A stretch of DNA of 64,000 nt, from NCBI GenBank assembly GCA_034180455.1, contig JAXFOG010000033.1:5140-69139 (forward strand), written 5' to 3'. Each line of letters starts with the position of its first letter. Position 1 is the first letter of the stretch. The notes beneath the pieces are model-generated. The model did no database searches, was not told where the DNA came from, and worked only from the letters and a program-made list of their open reading frames with translations. Below, one piece after another: positions 1 through 9,123 of the stretch. The translations under genes were made by a program, and so were the position numbers. The DNA comes from Eubacteriales bacterium. GTDB taxonomy: Bacteria > Bacillota > Clostridia > Christensenellales > Aristaeellaceae.

Positions 1-626
1 ACTTTTTTACCAACACCATAAAAGCTAGTTAATATTTGAAATAGCTTTTCATCATCATTAGAGTATAATGTTTGTAAATCAATTTCACCATTGGATATAG
101 TTTGTGCGGCTTTTAATACATATGGTGATCTGTAACCCAGCGAGCATTGATTTAATAAATCAATATTTAAACTTGCTATTTTTTCAGGAGTAGGAAAACT
201 AAATAAATTATCTCCTATTTCAGTTCCATAATTTTTTGAAAGCAACTCAACACTTTTTTTAATTGCAGGAATGTTTTTTCTCTGAGAAATTATAAATGTA
301 ATAAGAGTTTCCCATGGATCTTGTTTTAAAATTCTTATGCCAGAACCATAATCCGCTGCTTTTATAAGAAAAGAGTCATTTTTATCTATTGAATTTATAA
401 AACGTGAGTAATCTTCACCTAAATCAAAATAATCATACCAGATTTTAGAAAAATCATCTTCATCACAATAGAACCTAAACATTGAGTTGCCTAATTTTTC
501 AATTTCAATTACACGGTTTTGTGCTATAACTGTATAGCTTGATTCGCTAGATTTATTCATTCTAAAGCATTGTCCACTGTTTGCAATTTGGGATAAATCA
601 AAATTACTAAGTACTATATTTATCAT
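1..626 (-). CDS. ogg: 8-oxoguanine DNA glycosylase / HhH-GPD N-glycosylase-DNA lyase (N-terminal ~208 aa; C-terminus runs off the window start)
   Basis: Truncated ORF, not in the ORF track. My minus-strand translation from ATG 626-624 (GAGG SD upstream) reads MINIVLSNFDLSQIANSGQCFRMNKSSES...TFIISQRKNIPAIKKSVELL...LTSFYGVGKKV. The GQCFR, IISQxxNIxxI and HhH GVGKKV motifs are typical of the Ogg family. Confidence 0.7.
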   Translation of the reverse strand, partial: MINIVLSNFDLSQIANSGQCFRMNKSSESSYTVIAQNRVIEIEKLGNSMFRFYCDEDDFSKIWYDYFDLGEDYSRFINSIDKNDSFLIKAADYGSGIRILKQDPWETLITFIISQRKNIPAIKKSVELLSKNYGTEIGDNLFSFPTPEKIASLNIDLLNQCSLGYRSPYVLKAAQTISNGEIDLQTLYSNDDEKLFQILTSFYGVGKK

Positions 627-705
627 ATTTACCTCAATAAATATTATTCAAATTATAATTTAAACATAAAATCCAAGAAAATTAAAGAATAAAATTAATC
701 GACTA

Positions 706-734
706 TGTACATTTTTATAAATAATTGTTATAAT
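706..734 (+). promoter_or_regulatory. Candidate sigma-A promoter for fba
   Basis: TGTACA (706-711), 17-nt spacer, TATAAT (729-734) preceded by TG at 726-727. GGAGGGG SD at 751-757 lies before ATG 764. Confidence 0.3.
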
Positions 735-763
735 TTTATTGTTTATAGAAGGAGGGGTTATTT

Positions 764-1699
764 ATGCCTATAGTTAATACAAAAGAAATGTTTAAAAGAG
801 CCTATGAGGAAGGCTATGCTATTGGTGCTTTTAATGTAAACAACATGGAAATTATCCAGGGAATTACAGAAGCTGCAAAAGAACAAAATTCTCCAGTTAT
901 TTTACAAGTAAGTGCTGGTGCTCGTAAATATGCAAAACATGTATATCTTATGAAACTAATTGAAGCAGCAGTTGAGGATACCAATCTTCCTATTGCAGTA
1001 CATTTAGATCACGGCCCAAGTTTTGAAATGTGTAAAGAATGTATAGATGGCGGCTTTTCATCTGTAATGTTTGATGGAAGTAGCTTACCATTTGAACAAA
1101 ATATTGAAATAGCCAAAAGAGTAGCTGACTATGCTCACTCTAGAGATAAATATGTTACCGTGGAAGCTGAACTTGGTACACTGGGTGGCGTAGAAGATGA
1201 CGTAAAGGTTGATGCTGAAGATGCAATGTATACTGACCCTGATCAGGTAGAGGAGTTTGTTTCTCGTACTGGCGTAGATAGTTTAGCAATCGCCATTGGT
1301 ACAAGTCATGGAGCTTTTAAATTTAAGGGAGAACCAAGATTAAGATTCGACATACTTGAAGAAGTTAGTAGAAGACTCCCAGGTTTCCCAATTGTTCTTC
1401 ATGGTGCATCTTCAGTAATGCCAGAATATGTTGAAATGATAAATACATATGGAGGCCATATGCCTGGAGCAAAGGGTGTTCCTGAGGAAATGCTAAGAAA
1501 AGCAGCCTCAATGGCAGTTTGTAAAATAAATGTTGATAGTGATCTTAGACTTGCTTTTACAGGTGTTTTGAGAAAATATTTTGCAGAGCATCCAGATCAT
1601 TTTGATCCTCGTCAGTATCTATCTGAGGCAAGGACAGCTTTAAAAGATATGGTTTCTCATAAGATTGTAGATGTTATGGGATCAAATGGTAAGGCTTGA
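764..1699 (+). CDS. fba: Fructose-1,6-bisphosphate aldolase, class II
   Basis: 311 aa. MPIVNTKEMFKRAYEEGYAIGAFNVNN, VHLDHG and GTSHGAFKF are class II aldolase motifs. Strong SD. Confidence 0.95.
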   Translation: MPIVNTKEMFKRAYEEGYAIGAFNVNNMEIIQGITEAAKEQNSPVILQVSAGARKYAKHVYLMKLIEAAVEDTNLPIAVHLDHGPSFEMCKECIDGGFSSVMFDGSSLPFEQNIEIAKRVADYAHSRDKYVTVEAELGTLGGVEDDVKVDAEDAMYTDPDQVEEFVSRTGVDSLAIAIGTSHGAFKFKGEPRLRFDILEEVSRRLPGFPIVLHGASSVMPEYVEMINTYGGHMPGAKGVPEEMLRKAASMAVCKINVDSDLRLAFTGVLRKYFAEHPDHFDPRQYLSEARTALKDMVSHKIVDVMGSNGKA

Positions 1700-1711
1700 T
1701 TTATATTATAA

Positions 1712-1747
1712 TAAGCGTAGGCAAAACATGCTTACGCTTATTTATTT
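1712..1747. terminator. Bidirectional intrinsic terminator between fba and orf167
   Basis: Stem TAAGCGTAGGCA / TGCTTACGCTTA (1712-1740) with loop AAACA, followed by TTTATTT. The stop codon of the minus-strand ORF lies inside the stem. Confidence 0.7.
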
Positions 1748-2241
1748 GAAATAATATAATTTATAATGCTTAATAAATTACTAGAAATTATGTTTTTATT
1801 TTTCTTTTTTTCTATTAGGTCTTTAATAATTTTGTCGTAATATTTTTTTTCATTTATATATTTCATCTTTATAATATTATTTCCTAAATATGGATCAATA
1901 AAATTAGAAACATCAAATCCGGTTATAACTCTATATATGTGTATAAATTTCAAGGAACAATTGTTATAGTTAAAACTCGCTTTGGATTTATATTTTATAG
2001 TATAATCATTAAATAGGGTATAATCAGGATTAATATATAATAAAGTGTCTTCAATATAAAAATCTAAATTGTTTTGTTGTAAATGTTTTTCTATCTTGAT
2101 AATATTATCTGTAAATCTTATAATATTGCTTACAAATAAATAATCGTTATTTTTATTAAAATGTAAGAAAAAGTTGTTACAACTTGAATTAGATTTTAAT
2201 ATATTATAAATTTTTTCTTTTTCTTTCAAAATAATGTTCAT
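1738..2241 (-). CDS. Hypothetical protein, 167 aa, extremely N/I/K/Y-rich
   Basis: A 167-codon open frame in DNA of very low GC, where stop codons are frequent, so unlikely to be open by chance. No recognisable family, no SD before ATG 2241. Confidence 0.5.
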   Translation of the reverse strand: MNIILKEKEKIYNILKSNSSCNNFFLHFNKNNDYLFVSNIIRFTDNIIKIEKHLQQNNLDFYIEDTLLYINPDYTLFNDYTIKYKSKASFNYNNCSLKFIHIYRVITGFDVSNFIDPYLGNNIIKMKYINEKKYYDKIIKDLIEKKKNKNIISSNLLSIINYIISNK

Positions 2242-2252
2242 AGTAGGTTTAT

Positions 2253-3113
2253 ATGTTAGTTAGATCTTTTGCAAAAATTAATTGGAGCTTATTTGTTAAG
2301 GGCAAACTTCCAAATGGCTATCATGATTTAGATATGATAATGCAGTCAGTTGGAATTTATGATGAATTAGAAATAAATAAATCATCACAAAATGTTTTGT
2401 GTGTAAATGGAGAAATTGTAGAAGATATATATAGTAATTTATGTTTTAAAGCTATTAATGAATATAATCGGTATATAAAAAGCGAAAATAAATACTATAT
2501 TAAATTAACTAAAAATATTCCGATTGGAGCAGGACTTGGTGGGGGAAGCGCTGATGCTGCAGCTGTGCTCTTATCAATAAATAAGTTGAGCAAAAATTAT
2601 TTAAGCCATACAGAGTTAATGAATTTGGCTTTAAATATCGGAGCTGATGTCCCATTTATGCTTCAAGGTGGATTTGCAAGGGTAAGTGGAATTGGTGAAA
2701 AAATTCAAAATATTGAAAATAAAAATAAATATTCTATGTTAATTATATTTGATAATATTTTTATGTCTACTGCTGAAGTTTTTAAAAACTATAAACATGA
2801 AAATGATATTAACAACACAGATAAGATATTAAAATGCATTTTGAGCAAAAAAATTAATAGACTTAACTCTTTTAAATTAAATAGCTTGTTGAAAAGCGCA
2901 GAGCATTTAAATCATAAAATCTCATTAATTATAGATGAATGTTATGAAAACAAGGCAATATTAGCAAGCATGACTGGGAGTGGATCAGCAGTGTATGCAA
3001 TTTTTGAAAATGATAATGATTTACTCTCAGCGCAAAGAAGGATTTCTTTAACTAAAAGCTTTTGTAAATTAGTCAGTACAAAAGAAAGAAGCATTGAAAT
3101 AATTAGTGATTAA
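2253..3113 (+). CDS. ispE: 4-diphosphocytidyl-2-C-methyl-D-erythritol kinase
   Basis: 286 aa. N-terminus SFAKINWSLFV..KLPNGYHDLDMIMQSV and GHMP-kinase loop PIGAGLGGGSADAAAVL. Confidence 0.9.
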   Translation: MLVRSFAKINWSLFVKGKLPNGYHDLDMIMQSVGIYDELEINKSSQNVLCVNGEIVEDIYSNLCFKAINEYNRYIKSENKYYIKLTKNIPIGAGLGGGSADAAAVLLSINKLSKNYLSHTELMNLALNIGADVPFMLQGGFARVSGIGEKIQNIENKNKYSMLIIFDNIFMSTAEVFKNYKHENDINNTDKILKCILSKKINRLNSFKLNSLLKSAEHLNHKISLIIDECYENKAILASMTGSGSAVYAIFENDNDLLSAQRRISLTKSFCKLVSTKERSIEIISD

Positions 3114-4425
3114 TTTTTGATATTAATGCACTTGTTATTCTTTTATCTTTAAATGAAACAACTTGAATATGTAATCCATTTGTGTCAATAGCAAACTTTG
3201 CTCCGTCATCTGGAATATATGAAAGTGCATCAATAACTAATCCATTAAGAGTGTCATAATCTTCGCTTAATGGTATATCAACTGAAAGAGCTGAATTGAT
3301 TGCTTCAAGCTCGGCAGAGCCTATTACTTTCCAAAGATTCTTATTTAATCGTACTATATCTGATTCGATTTGTATGTCATTTTCATCATAAATATTTCCG
3401 ACAATTTCTTCTAGCAAATCTTCCATAGTTACTATACCATTAAAACCACCATATTCATCAACAGTTAGAGCAATATGATTTTTTGATTTTTGCATTTTTT
3501 TGAATAATAAATCAGCTTGTATTGTTACTGGAACTATATATGGTTTGTATAATATTTCTTTTATTGGTTTCTGAGGATAACTATGCAAATTCAAAAGAAA
3601 CTTTCTTGAACTTAATATACCTATTATATTATCAATTTCCCCATCATATACAGGAAATCTAGAAAATCCAGAAGAACTAATAGTCTCAATAATATCATCA
3701 TTATTGTCATCTATATCTATTGCAACAACATCTGTTCTGTGAGTCATAATATCTTCAGCTGTTATATTATTAAACTCAAATATGTTGTCAATCATTTCTC
3801 TCTCTTCATTCTGAATTGCACCTTTTTCGGCACTTATATCCATCATCATTCGTATTTCTTCTTCAGTAAAGGACTCGTTTTCTTCCTTGCTAAGATTAAA
3901 AGTATGGTCTAACACATTAGAAATAATTCTTATTAAATTACTTATTGGAAGTAAAATTATATAAAACATGTATACAAATAAAGACAAGAAAGAAATTAAA
4001 TTTTTATTATGCTTGATAGCTATATGCCTTGGAATATATATTGTTAGTATAACCGACAAGAAAAAGAAGACAAATAAAATCATAAAACGGCATAAGGAGT
4101 TCAAAAATGTATTATCTATGTTAACAAATAACTGTATGATATTGTTATGGAATATAATACAGGCAACTAATAAACACAATAAATGTGCAAAATTTACGGT
4201 ATAATTAAACAGATCTGGTTTTGATAATAATTTTCTTATTAATATATAGCTGTAATTTCCGTTTTGTATTTCCGATTCAATATTTTCAGACTTTAAAGAA
4301 ATAATAGCACCATCTGCCAGTGAAAAGACAAATGAAATAAATAAAAATATTAAACTTACAAATAATTGAACCCATATAGGCTCCAAACTAATTCCCCCTA
4401 AAAAGTTATAATTATAGTATACCAT
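3103..4425 (-). CDS. CNNM/TlyC-family hemolysin-like membrane protein (DUF21-CBS pair-CorC_HlyC)
   Basis: 440 aa with N-terminal TM helices, a CBS region (DIMTHRTDVVAID...FSRFPVY) and a C-terminal transporter-associated domain. Start is ambiguous: ATG 4425 has no SD, whereas TTG 4386 has GGGGG 7 nt upstream. Confidence 0.85.
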   Translation of the reverse strand: MVYYNYNFLGGISLEPIWVQLFVSLIFLFISFVFSLADGAIISLKSENIESEIQNGNYSYILIRKLLSKPDLFNYTVNFAHLLCLLVACIIFHNNIIQLFVNIDNTFLNSLCRFMILFVFFFLSVILTIYIPRHIAIKHNKNLISFLSLFVYMFYIILLPISNLIRIISNVLDHTFNLSKEENESFTEEEIRMMMDISAEKGAIQNEEREMIDNIFEFNNITAEDIMTHRTDVVAIDIDDNNDDIIETISSSGFSRFPVYDGEIDNIIGILSSRKFLLNLHSYPQKPIKEILYKPYIVPVTIQADLLFKKMQKSKNHIALTVDEYGGFNGIVTMEDLLEEIVGNIYDENDIQIESDIVRLNKNLWKVIGSAELEAINSALSVDIPLSEDYDTLNGLVIDALSYIPDDGAKFAIDTNGLHIQVVSFKDKRITSALISKINH

Positions 4426-4566
4426 AATTTGAATTTCAACAAAATATCTTATATTATATGTATGTAAAAATTCATTAAGGTAGATAAGTTCTTAATTAAA
4501 ATAAATTAAAAATGGATAAAAATGCTATTATGAATCGTTATATATTATGAAAGGGGTATGAAACTT

Positions 4567-5562
4567 ATGAAAAAAATCTTTTCAATTTTATTTGCTTTTA
4601 TTTTAATATTATTTAGTATTGGTCATGCTGAAACAATTAATTCTATTGATTCAGCAAGAGAACTAATAGATCTTGTTTCAAATGCTGCTATTAGTTCTGA
4701 AACTACCACGGAAAACAAATCAGACGTAGGGGATTTCAACCCGAAATTTATTTCAAACTTTATTACAAATGCTGCAAAATATTTAGATGACAATATACTG
4801 TTGAACGACAAAGAAAAGCAGGGGAAACTATTAGCTGAATGTTTTTCTGAAAACATTACAATTCCAGAAACTGTTTCGTCAAATACAAGTAATGACTATA
4901 TTGGATCTAAGATTATGTTTATGAAAGAATATGGCGACAATTCTGTTAAAATTGTTGCAAGTATATATACTGCTCCAGATAGAATAGATAAGTTAAAAAT
5001 ACAAGATATGCCACAATTGAAATGGATGGATAAAAGAATCGTGTTGGGATTAGTAAAAAACAGCAACTCAAGATATGGATACAGCATAACTGATTATTCT
5101 TTATCTGGCGAGTTGTCTATGGAAAATGAAACCGAAGAGTATTTTCAAAATAATTATTTTGAATATATAAACTCCAAATTTGGATTTTCAATGCAATTAC
5201 CTACTGAATTTGAAAGTGGAATATCTGAAACTGAAGATGGTATTAAAAGTACAGACAATAACTCTGGAACGAGTTTGTTTGTAAAAACATATGAAAACAA
5301 AGAACATTGGACTGCAAAAAGCTTTTATGATAGTTTGATTGCAAGTGGAAATAAATATGCCAAGTTATTTGAAGAAACCAATTTAGTAACAGAATATGAG
5401 ATTAAAGATGATAAAACACTTATATATAAAGCATATTTATTTTCAGATAACAATGTATACTTTGCTAACATAGAATTTGATAAGGTCGAATTTGAAAACT
5501 ATAGCTTGAACTTTGAATACTTAAAAAATACTTTTATGGTATTAAATAACGAGATTGGTTAG
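4567..5562 (+). CDS. Secreted hypothetical protein (signal peptide, no lipobox Cys)
   Basis: Signal peptide MKKIFSILFAFILILFSIGHA/ET. The GGGG SD at 4553-4556 favours ATG 4567 over ATG 4558. No family recognised. Confidence 0.6.
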   Translation: MKKIFSILFAFILILFSIGHAETINSIDSARELIDLVSNAAISSETTTENKSDVGDFNPKFISNFITNAAKYLDDNILLNDKEKQGKLLAECFSENITIPETVSSNTSNDYIGSKIMFMKEYGDNSVKIVASIYTAPDRIDKLKIQDMPQLKWMDKRIVLGLVKNSNSRYGYSITDYSLSGELSMENETEEYFQNNYFEYINSKFGFSMQLPTEFESGISETEDGIKSTDNNSGTSLFVKTYENKEHWTAKSFYDSLIASGNKYAKLFEETNLVTEYEIKDDKTLIYKAYLFSDNNVYFANIEFDKVEFENYSLNFEYLKNTFMVLNNEIG

Positions 5563-5572
5563 GTGAAAATAT

Positions 5573-7102
5573 ATGAAAAAAATAATTTCTATTGCAATAA
5601 TTATTATGCTTTTGTGCACTACTGCTATAGTGTATGCAGAAATACCATCTAACTCAAGAAACATTAATGCCATTGTAGTTGGGGGTTGGTTAAGACTCCG
5701 TAGCGGTCCTGGGTACAATTACGAAACAATTGCAAGTTATCCAAATGGTTCTGTTATAAGAGTTCTGAGTACTAGTGGAGATTGGTGTAGGATTCAGGAC
5801 GAAGATGGAACAATAGGGTTTATGAGTAGATATTACCTAAATAAAACTAATTTAAATCCAGGTAATATTCAGCAACTTGGTGGATATGACGCATATATTC
5901 ATAGTGCAAATGGTGGTAATGTTAGGCTTCGTAGTGGTCCCAATTTTAACTATGGTGTAATTGGTTCATATCCATATGGCATGAAACTTTATGTTATTAA
6001 TCATGGATTAGTATGGGATTACGTTCGAATTGGTTCACAATATGGATATATAAAAAATGAGTTTATTTCTATAACAGGTAATCCGTTACCAAACAACCAA
6101 GTATCTTATACTGCTTATGTAACTAGCAAGAATGGGTATGGTGTAAGAGTAAGAAATAATCCAAGCATGAATGCAAATATTGTAGGATTTTATAGTGTTG
6201 GTACCCAAGTTGATGTTATTACTCATAATTTTGTAAACGGATGGGATAGAATTAGTGTTGGTGGAAAAGTTGCTTTTATTATGAATAGATTTTTAACTAA
6301 AAATCCTTCAACAAGTAATCAAACACAAAACTATAACTTAATTGATGTAACACTTAACAAATTAAATGCAAAAGTTGGAGATGATCTATATGTAGTTGGC
6401 ACAAACCCAGCTGGAGCCAAAGTAAACTATGTATGGAAACTTGATAATACTGTAATCAGCTATAGTAATGGTATAATTGTACCTGCAAGTGCTCAAAATA
6501 AGATTATTGTACTAGAAGCGGAAGGAACATCTGGTTATAGTGGCAAAGTTATTAAAACAGTAAGTATTGGAAATACCACATCGACAGATCCAAAACAAAT
6601 TAGTGATGTAATGGTAGTTGATAGAGCAAATGCTGGGGATACAATCTCAGTAACTCAAGTATATCCATGGAATGCAACCGTACAATACTATTGGAATTAT
6701 GATGGAGTTACAATTAGCAATACTTCAAGCTGTAAGGTTCCAAATGGGTCAGAAAATAAATCAATTGAATTATTGGTTCAGGGAATAGGTCAGTATAAAG
6801 GATCAGTCTATAAAACAATTAAAATAAACGAAGCGACAAAACCTATAGTTCCACCAGCAACTTATTCAATTGTTCTAGATAAAGAAAGCTATAATGTTGG
6901 AGATACTATTCAACCAAGTGTAAATGGTGCAGGTTTATATTATCCAACTTATGATTGGTATATAGATGGATTCCTTGTTAGCTATGCATATTCCTATACC
7001 GTAGCTCCAGAAGACTCTGGAAAAACAATAGAAATTAGAGCATCATTTACAGATTCTGACTCAAACAATCAAACTATAATTAAAAAAGTCAATATAAATT
7101 AA
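5573..7102 (+). CDS. Secreted SH3b-repeat protein with three C-terminal Ig-like repeat modules
   Basis: Signal peptide, then three bacterial SH3-like repeats (GGWLRLRSGPGYNYETIASYPNGS; NVRLRSGPNFNYGVIGSYPYG; GVRVRNNPSMNANIVGFYSVG). Three ~70-80 aa modules follow, sharing VGD..V....P..A.V.Y.W..D...IS......VP....NK.I.L...G...Y.G.V.KT..I. No catalytic domain seen. Confidence 0.7.
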   Translation: MKKIISIAIIIMLLCTTAIVYAEIPSNSRNINAIVVGGWLRLRSGPGYNYETIASYPNGSVIRVLSTSGDWCRIQDEDGTIGFMSRYYLNKTNLNPGNIQQLGGYDAYIHSANGGNVRLRSGPNFNYGVIGSYPYGMKLYVINHGLVWDYVRIGSQYGYIKNEFISITGNPLPNNQVSYTAYVTSKNGYGVRVRNNPSMNANIVGFYSVGTQVDVITHNFVNGWDRISVGGKVAFIMNRFLTKNPSTSNQTQNYNLIDVTLNKLNAKVGDDLYVVGTNPAGAKVNYVWKLDNTVISYSNGIIVPASAQNKIIVLEAEGTSGYSGKVIKTVSIGNTTSTDPKQISDVMVVDRANAGDTISVTQVYPWNATVQYYWNYDGVTISNTSSCKVPNGSENKSIELLVQGIGQYKGSVYKTIKINEATKPIVPPATYSIVLDKESYNVGDTIQPSVNGAGLYYPTYDWYIDGFLVSYAYSYTVAPEDSGKTIEIRASFTDSDSNNQTIIKKVNIN

Positions 7103-7125
7103 AAAGGCTCACTAGAGCCTTTTTA
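7101..7125. terminator. Bidirectional intrinsic terminator
   Basis: AAAAGGCTC-ACTA-GAGCCTTTT hairpin between convergent genes. It overlaps the stop of the minus-strand gene. Confidence 0.75.
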
Positions 7126-7740
7126 ATTTGAATACTTGTTTAAAAGTGGAATAGAAAAAGTATTATTAAAATATTGTACTAATGGACCCATAAAAAATGC
7201 AGTAATTATTGTACCAACACCAGCAATACCTCCAAGTATTAAACCTGTAACAACACATATAAGATCTGTACCAATTCTACAATATTTAAATGGAGCAAAG
7301 TCAATTTTTGCAAGATATAGCGCTATTGCATCGTATGTAGATACACCCATGTCTGCTGTAAAATACAAAGATGACCCAAAACAAAGCCCAATAAATCCTA
7401 TTGCCATATAAATACATTTAGCAATCATATTGTCAAAAATCAAGTGGTGCACCAAAAACAAGTATGAAAAATCAACAATATATCCTACTAAAAATAAATT
7501 TATCAATGTTCCTAGACCGATGAATTTTTTGTCTATAATAAACACAACAATCAAAAGTAAAACATTTACAATTACATATAATAATCCAAAATCAATTTTA
7601 AAGGTATTATATAAACCAGACATTAGGCATTGAAATGGGTCAGTTCCGAATTTTGATAGCTTAAAAAAACCAACGCTTATTCCAGAAAATAAAACACCTA
7701 TTATAGCCATTAATATACGTATAAAGCTATTTTTATTCAT
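7123..7740 (-). CDS. Polytopic membrane protein, YczE/YitT-like
   Basis: 205 aa with ~5-6 TM helices. N-terminal GISVGFFKLSKFGTDPFQ resembles YczE-type proteins. AGGAGATAGG SD. Confidence 0.5.
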   Translation of the reverse strand: MNKNSFIRILMAIIGVLFSGISVGFFKLSKFGTDPFQCLMSGLYNTFKIDFGLLYVIVNVLLLIVVFIIDKKFIGLGTLINLFLVGYIVDFSYLFLVHHLIFDNMIAKCIYMAIGFIGLCFGSSLYFTADMGVSTYDAIALYLAKIDFAPFKYCRIGTDLICVVTGLILGGIAGVGTIITAFFMGPLVQYFNNTFSIPLLNKYSN

Positions 7741-7741
7741 C

Positions 7742-8170
7742 CTATCTCCTGTCCAAAAAATAATTTTTTATACCGTTAAAGAAATCATTAATGTTATTTA
7801 ATACATCGTTAATCGAATCATTAGCTATGAAATTTTCAACTCTATAACTATAATTAAAGAAAAATGAAATAATGAAAACAACAAATGTTAGTTTTGAAAG
7901 GAATAATATAAAAAACAATACCAATATTAATGGAATTGAAAAAAGCTTTTCTGACTGCCTGTATACTACAAGCGATGGTTTTAGTAGTTTTTCTAAAACT
8001 TTTTGTTGAACTTCATTTGTATTTAGATCATATTCAAAATTATTGTTTTGATTTAGATTTTTAATGGCTTTTACAAAATCCCAATCATATAGCTCTAAGG
8101 CTTTAATAGCTGACTGCCTGGAGACTTCTGCTATCTCCATTACATAATTTATCTTTTCATCTTTTTTCAT
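7742..8170 (-). CDS. Hypothetical protein: N-terminal UBA/EF-Ts-N-like helical domain plus one TM segment
   Basis: 142 aa. The segment VMEIAEVSRQSAIKALELYDWDFVKAIKNL resembles UBA-like or EF-Ts N-terminal domains. Hydrophobic LFSIPLILVLFFILFLSKLTFVVFIISFFF. GGAGAG SD. Confidence 0.55.
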   Translation of the reverse strand: MKKDEKINYVMEIAEVSRQSAIKALELYDWDFVKAIKNLNQNNNFEYDLNTNEVQQKVLEKLLKPSLVVYRQSEKLFSIPLILVLFFILFLSKLTFVVFIISFFFNYSYRVENFIANDSINDVLNNINDFFNGIKNYFLDRR

Positions 8171-8178
8171 ATTCTCTC

Positions 8179-9123
8179 CTAAATAAGATATTTATTATTT
8201 TTTAAAACATTTATAATGTCTTCATATGAATATCCGTACTTGATTATACCACATACGAAATCATTGGGAACACTCGCTATTAAATCCATTTCTTTATTTG
8301 CAATAGGATGGCTGAATATCATTCTGTATGCATGTAGCATTAGTCGGGTATCAGATTTTTTATGCCCATAAACTTTATCACCAACTATAGGATGATTGAT
8401 ATATTGCATATGCACTCTTATCTGATGAGTTCGACCAGTGATTATTCGAATTAATAGTAGCGTAGTATTTTTGCTTTCAGCAATTTTAAGCCAATGAGTC
8501 TCAGCGTATCTTCCATCAGGATCCACTGCCATTTTTTTACGGTTCCTCTTATCTCTAGCTATTGGAAAAATAACTTTTCCTTCATCATCTTTTAATACAC
8601 CATAAACCAAAGCAATATAATATTTTTTAACCATGTGTTCTTTTATTAATCTTGCCATACTCAAATGAGAAGAATTGTTTTTTGCAACGATTATTATCCC
8701 AGAGGTATCTTTATCTAGCCTGTGAACTATTCCAGGTCTTTCTTCACCGTTTATTGATGAGAGATTTTGTTCATGATATAAAAGAGCATTTACAAGCGTA
8801 CCACTTTTTAAGTGATTAGCTGGATGAACGACCATGCCACATTCTTTGTTAACAGCTAATATGTTTTCATCTTCATAAATGACATTGATCTTTAAATCTT
8901 CGGGTAAAATTGTATCGTCTTCTTTTGAGGGTATAAGTAATGTTATATTATTATTAGGGGTGACAATAAAAGATGGCTTTTTTATTTGCTGTTTATCTAT
9001 ATATAGATTTCCATTTTTAATAAGCTTATTTATGAACGAGCGGCTCATATTTAGTTCACTGCTACATACTATATCCACTCTAGATTCATATGAACTTTTT
9101 AAATTTTGTTCAGTATATTTCAT
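8179..9123 (-). CDS. rluD: RluA-family 23S rRNA pseudouridine synthase (RluD-like), with S4 domain
   Basis: 314 aa. HRLDKDTSGIIIVAKN catalytic motif and GRTHQIRVHM. ATGA overlap with lspA, the conserved lspA-rluD pairing. Confidence 0.9.
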   Translation of the reverse strand: MKYTEQNLKSSYESRVDIVCSSELNMSRSFINKLIKNGNLYIDKQQIKKPSFIVTPNNNITLLIPSKEDDTILPEDLKINVIYEDENILAVNKECGMVVHPANHLKSGTLVNALLYHEQNLSSINGEERPGIVHRLDKDTSGIIIVAKNNSSHLSMARLIKEHMVKKYYIALVYGVLKDDEGKVIFPIARDKRNRKKMAVDPDGRYAETHWLKIAESKNTTLLLIRIITGRTHQIRVHMQYINHPIVGDKVYGHKKSDTRLMLHAYRMIFSHPIANKEMDLIASVPNDFVCGIIKYGYSYEDIINVLKNNKYLI

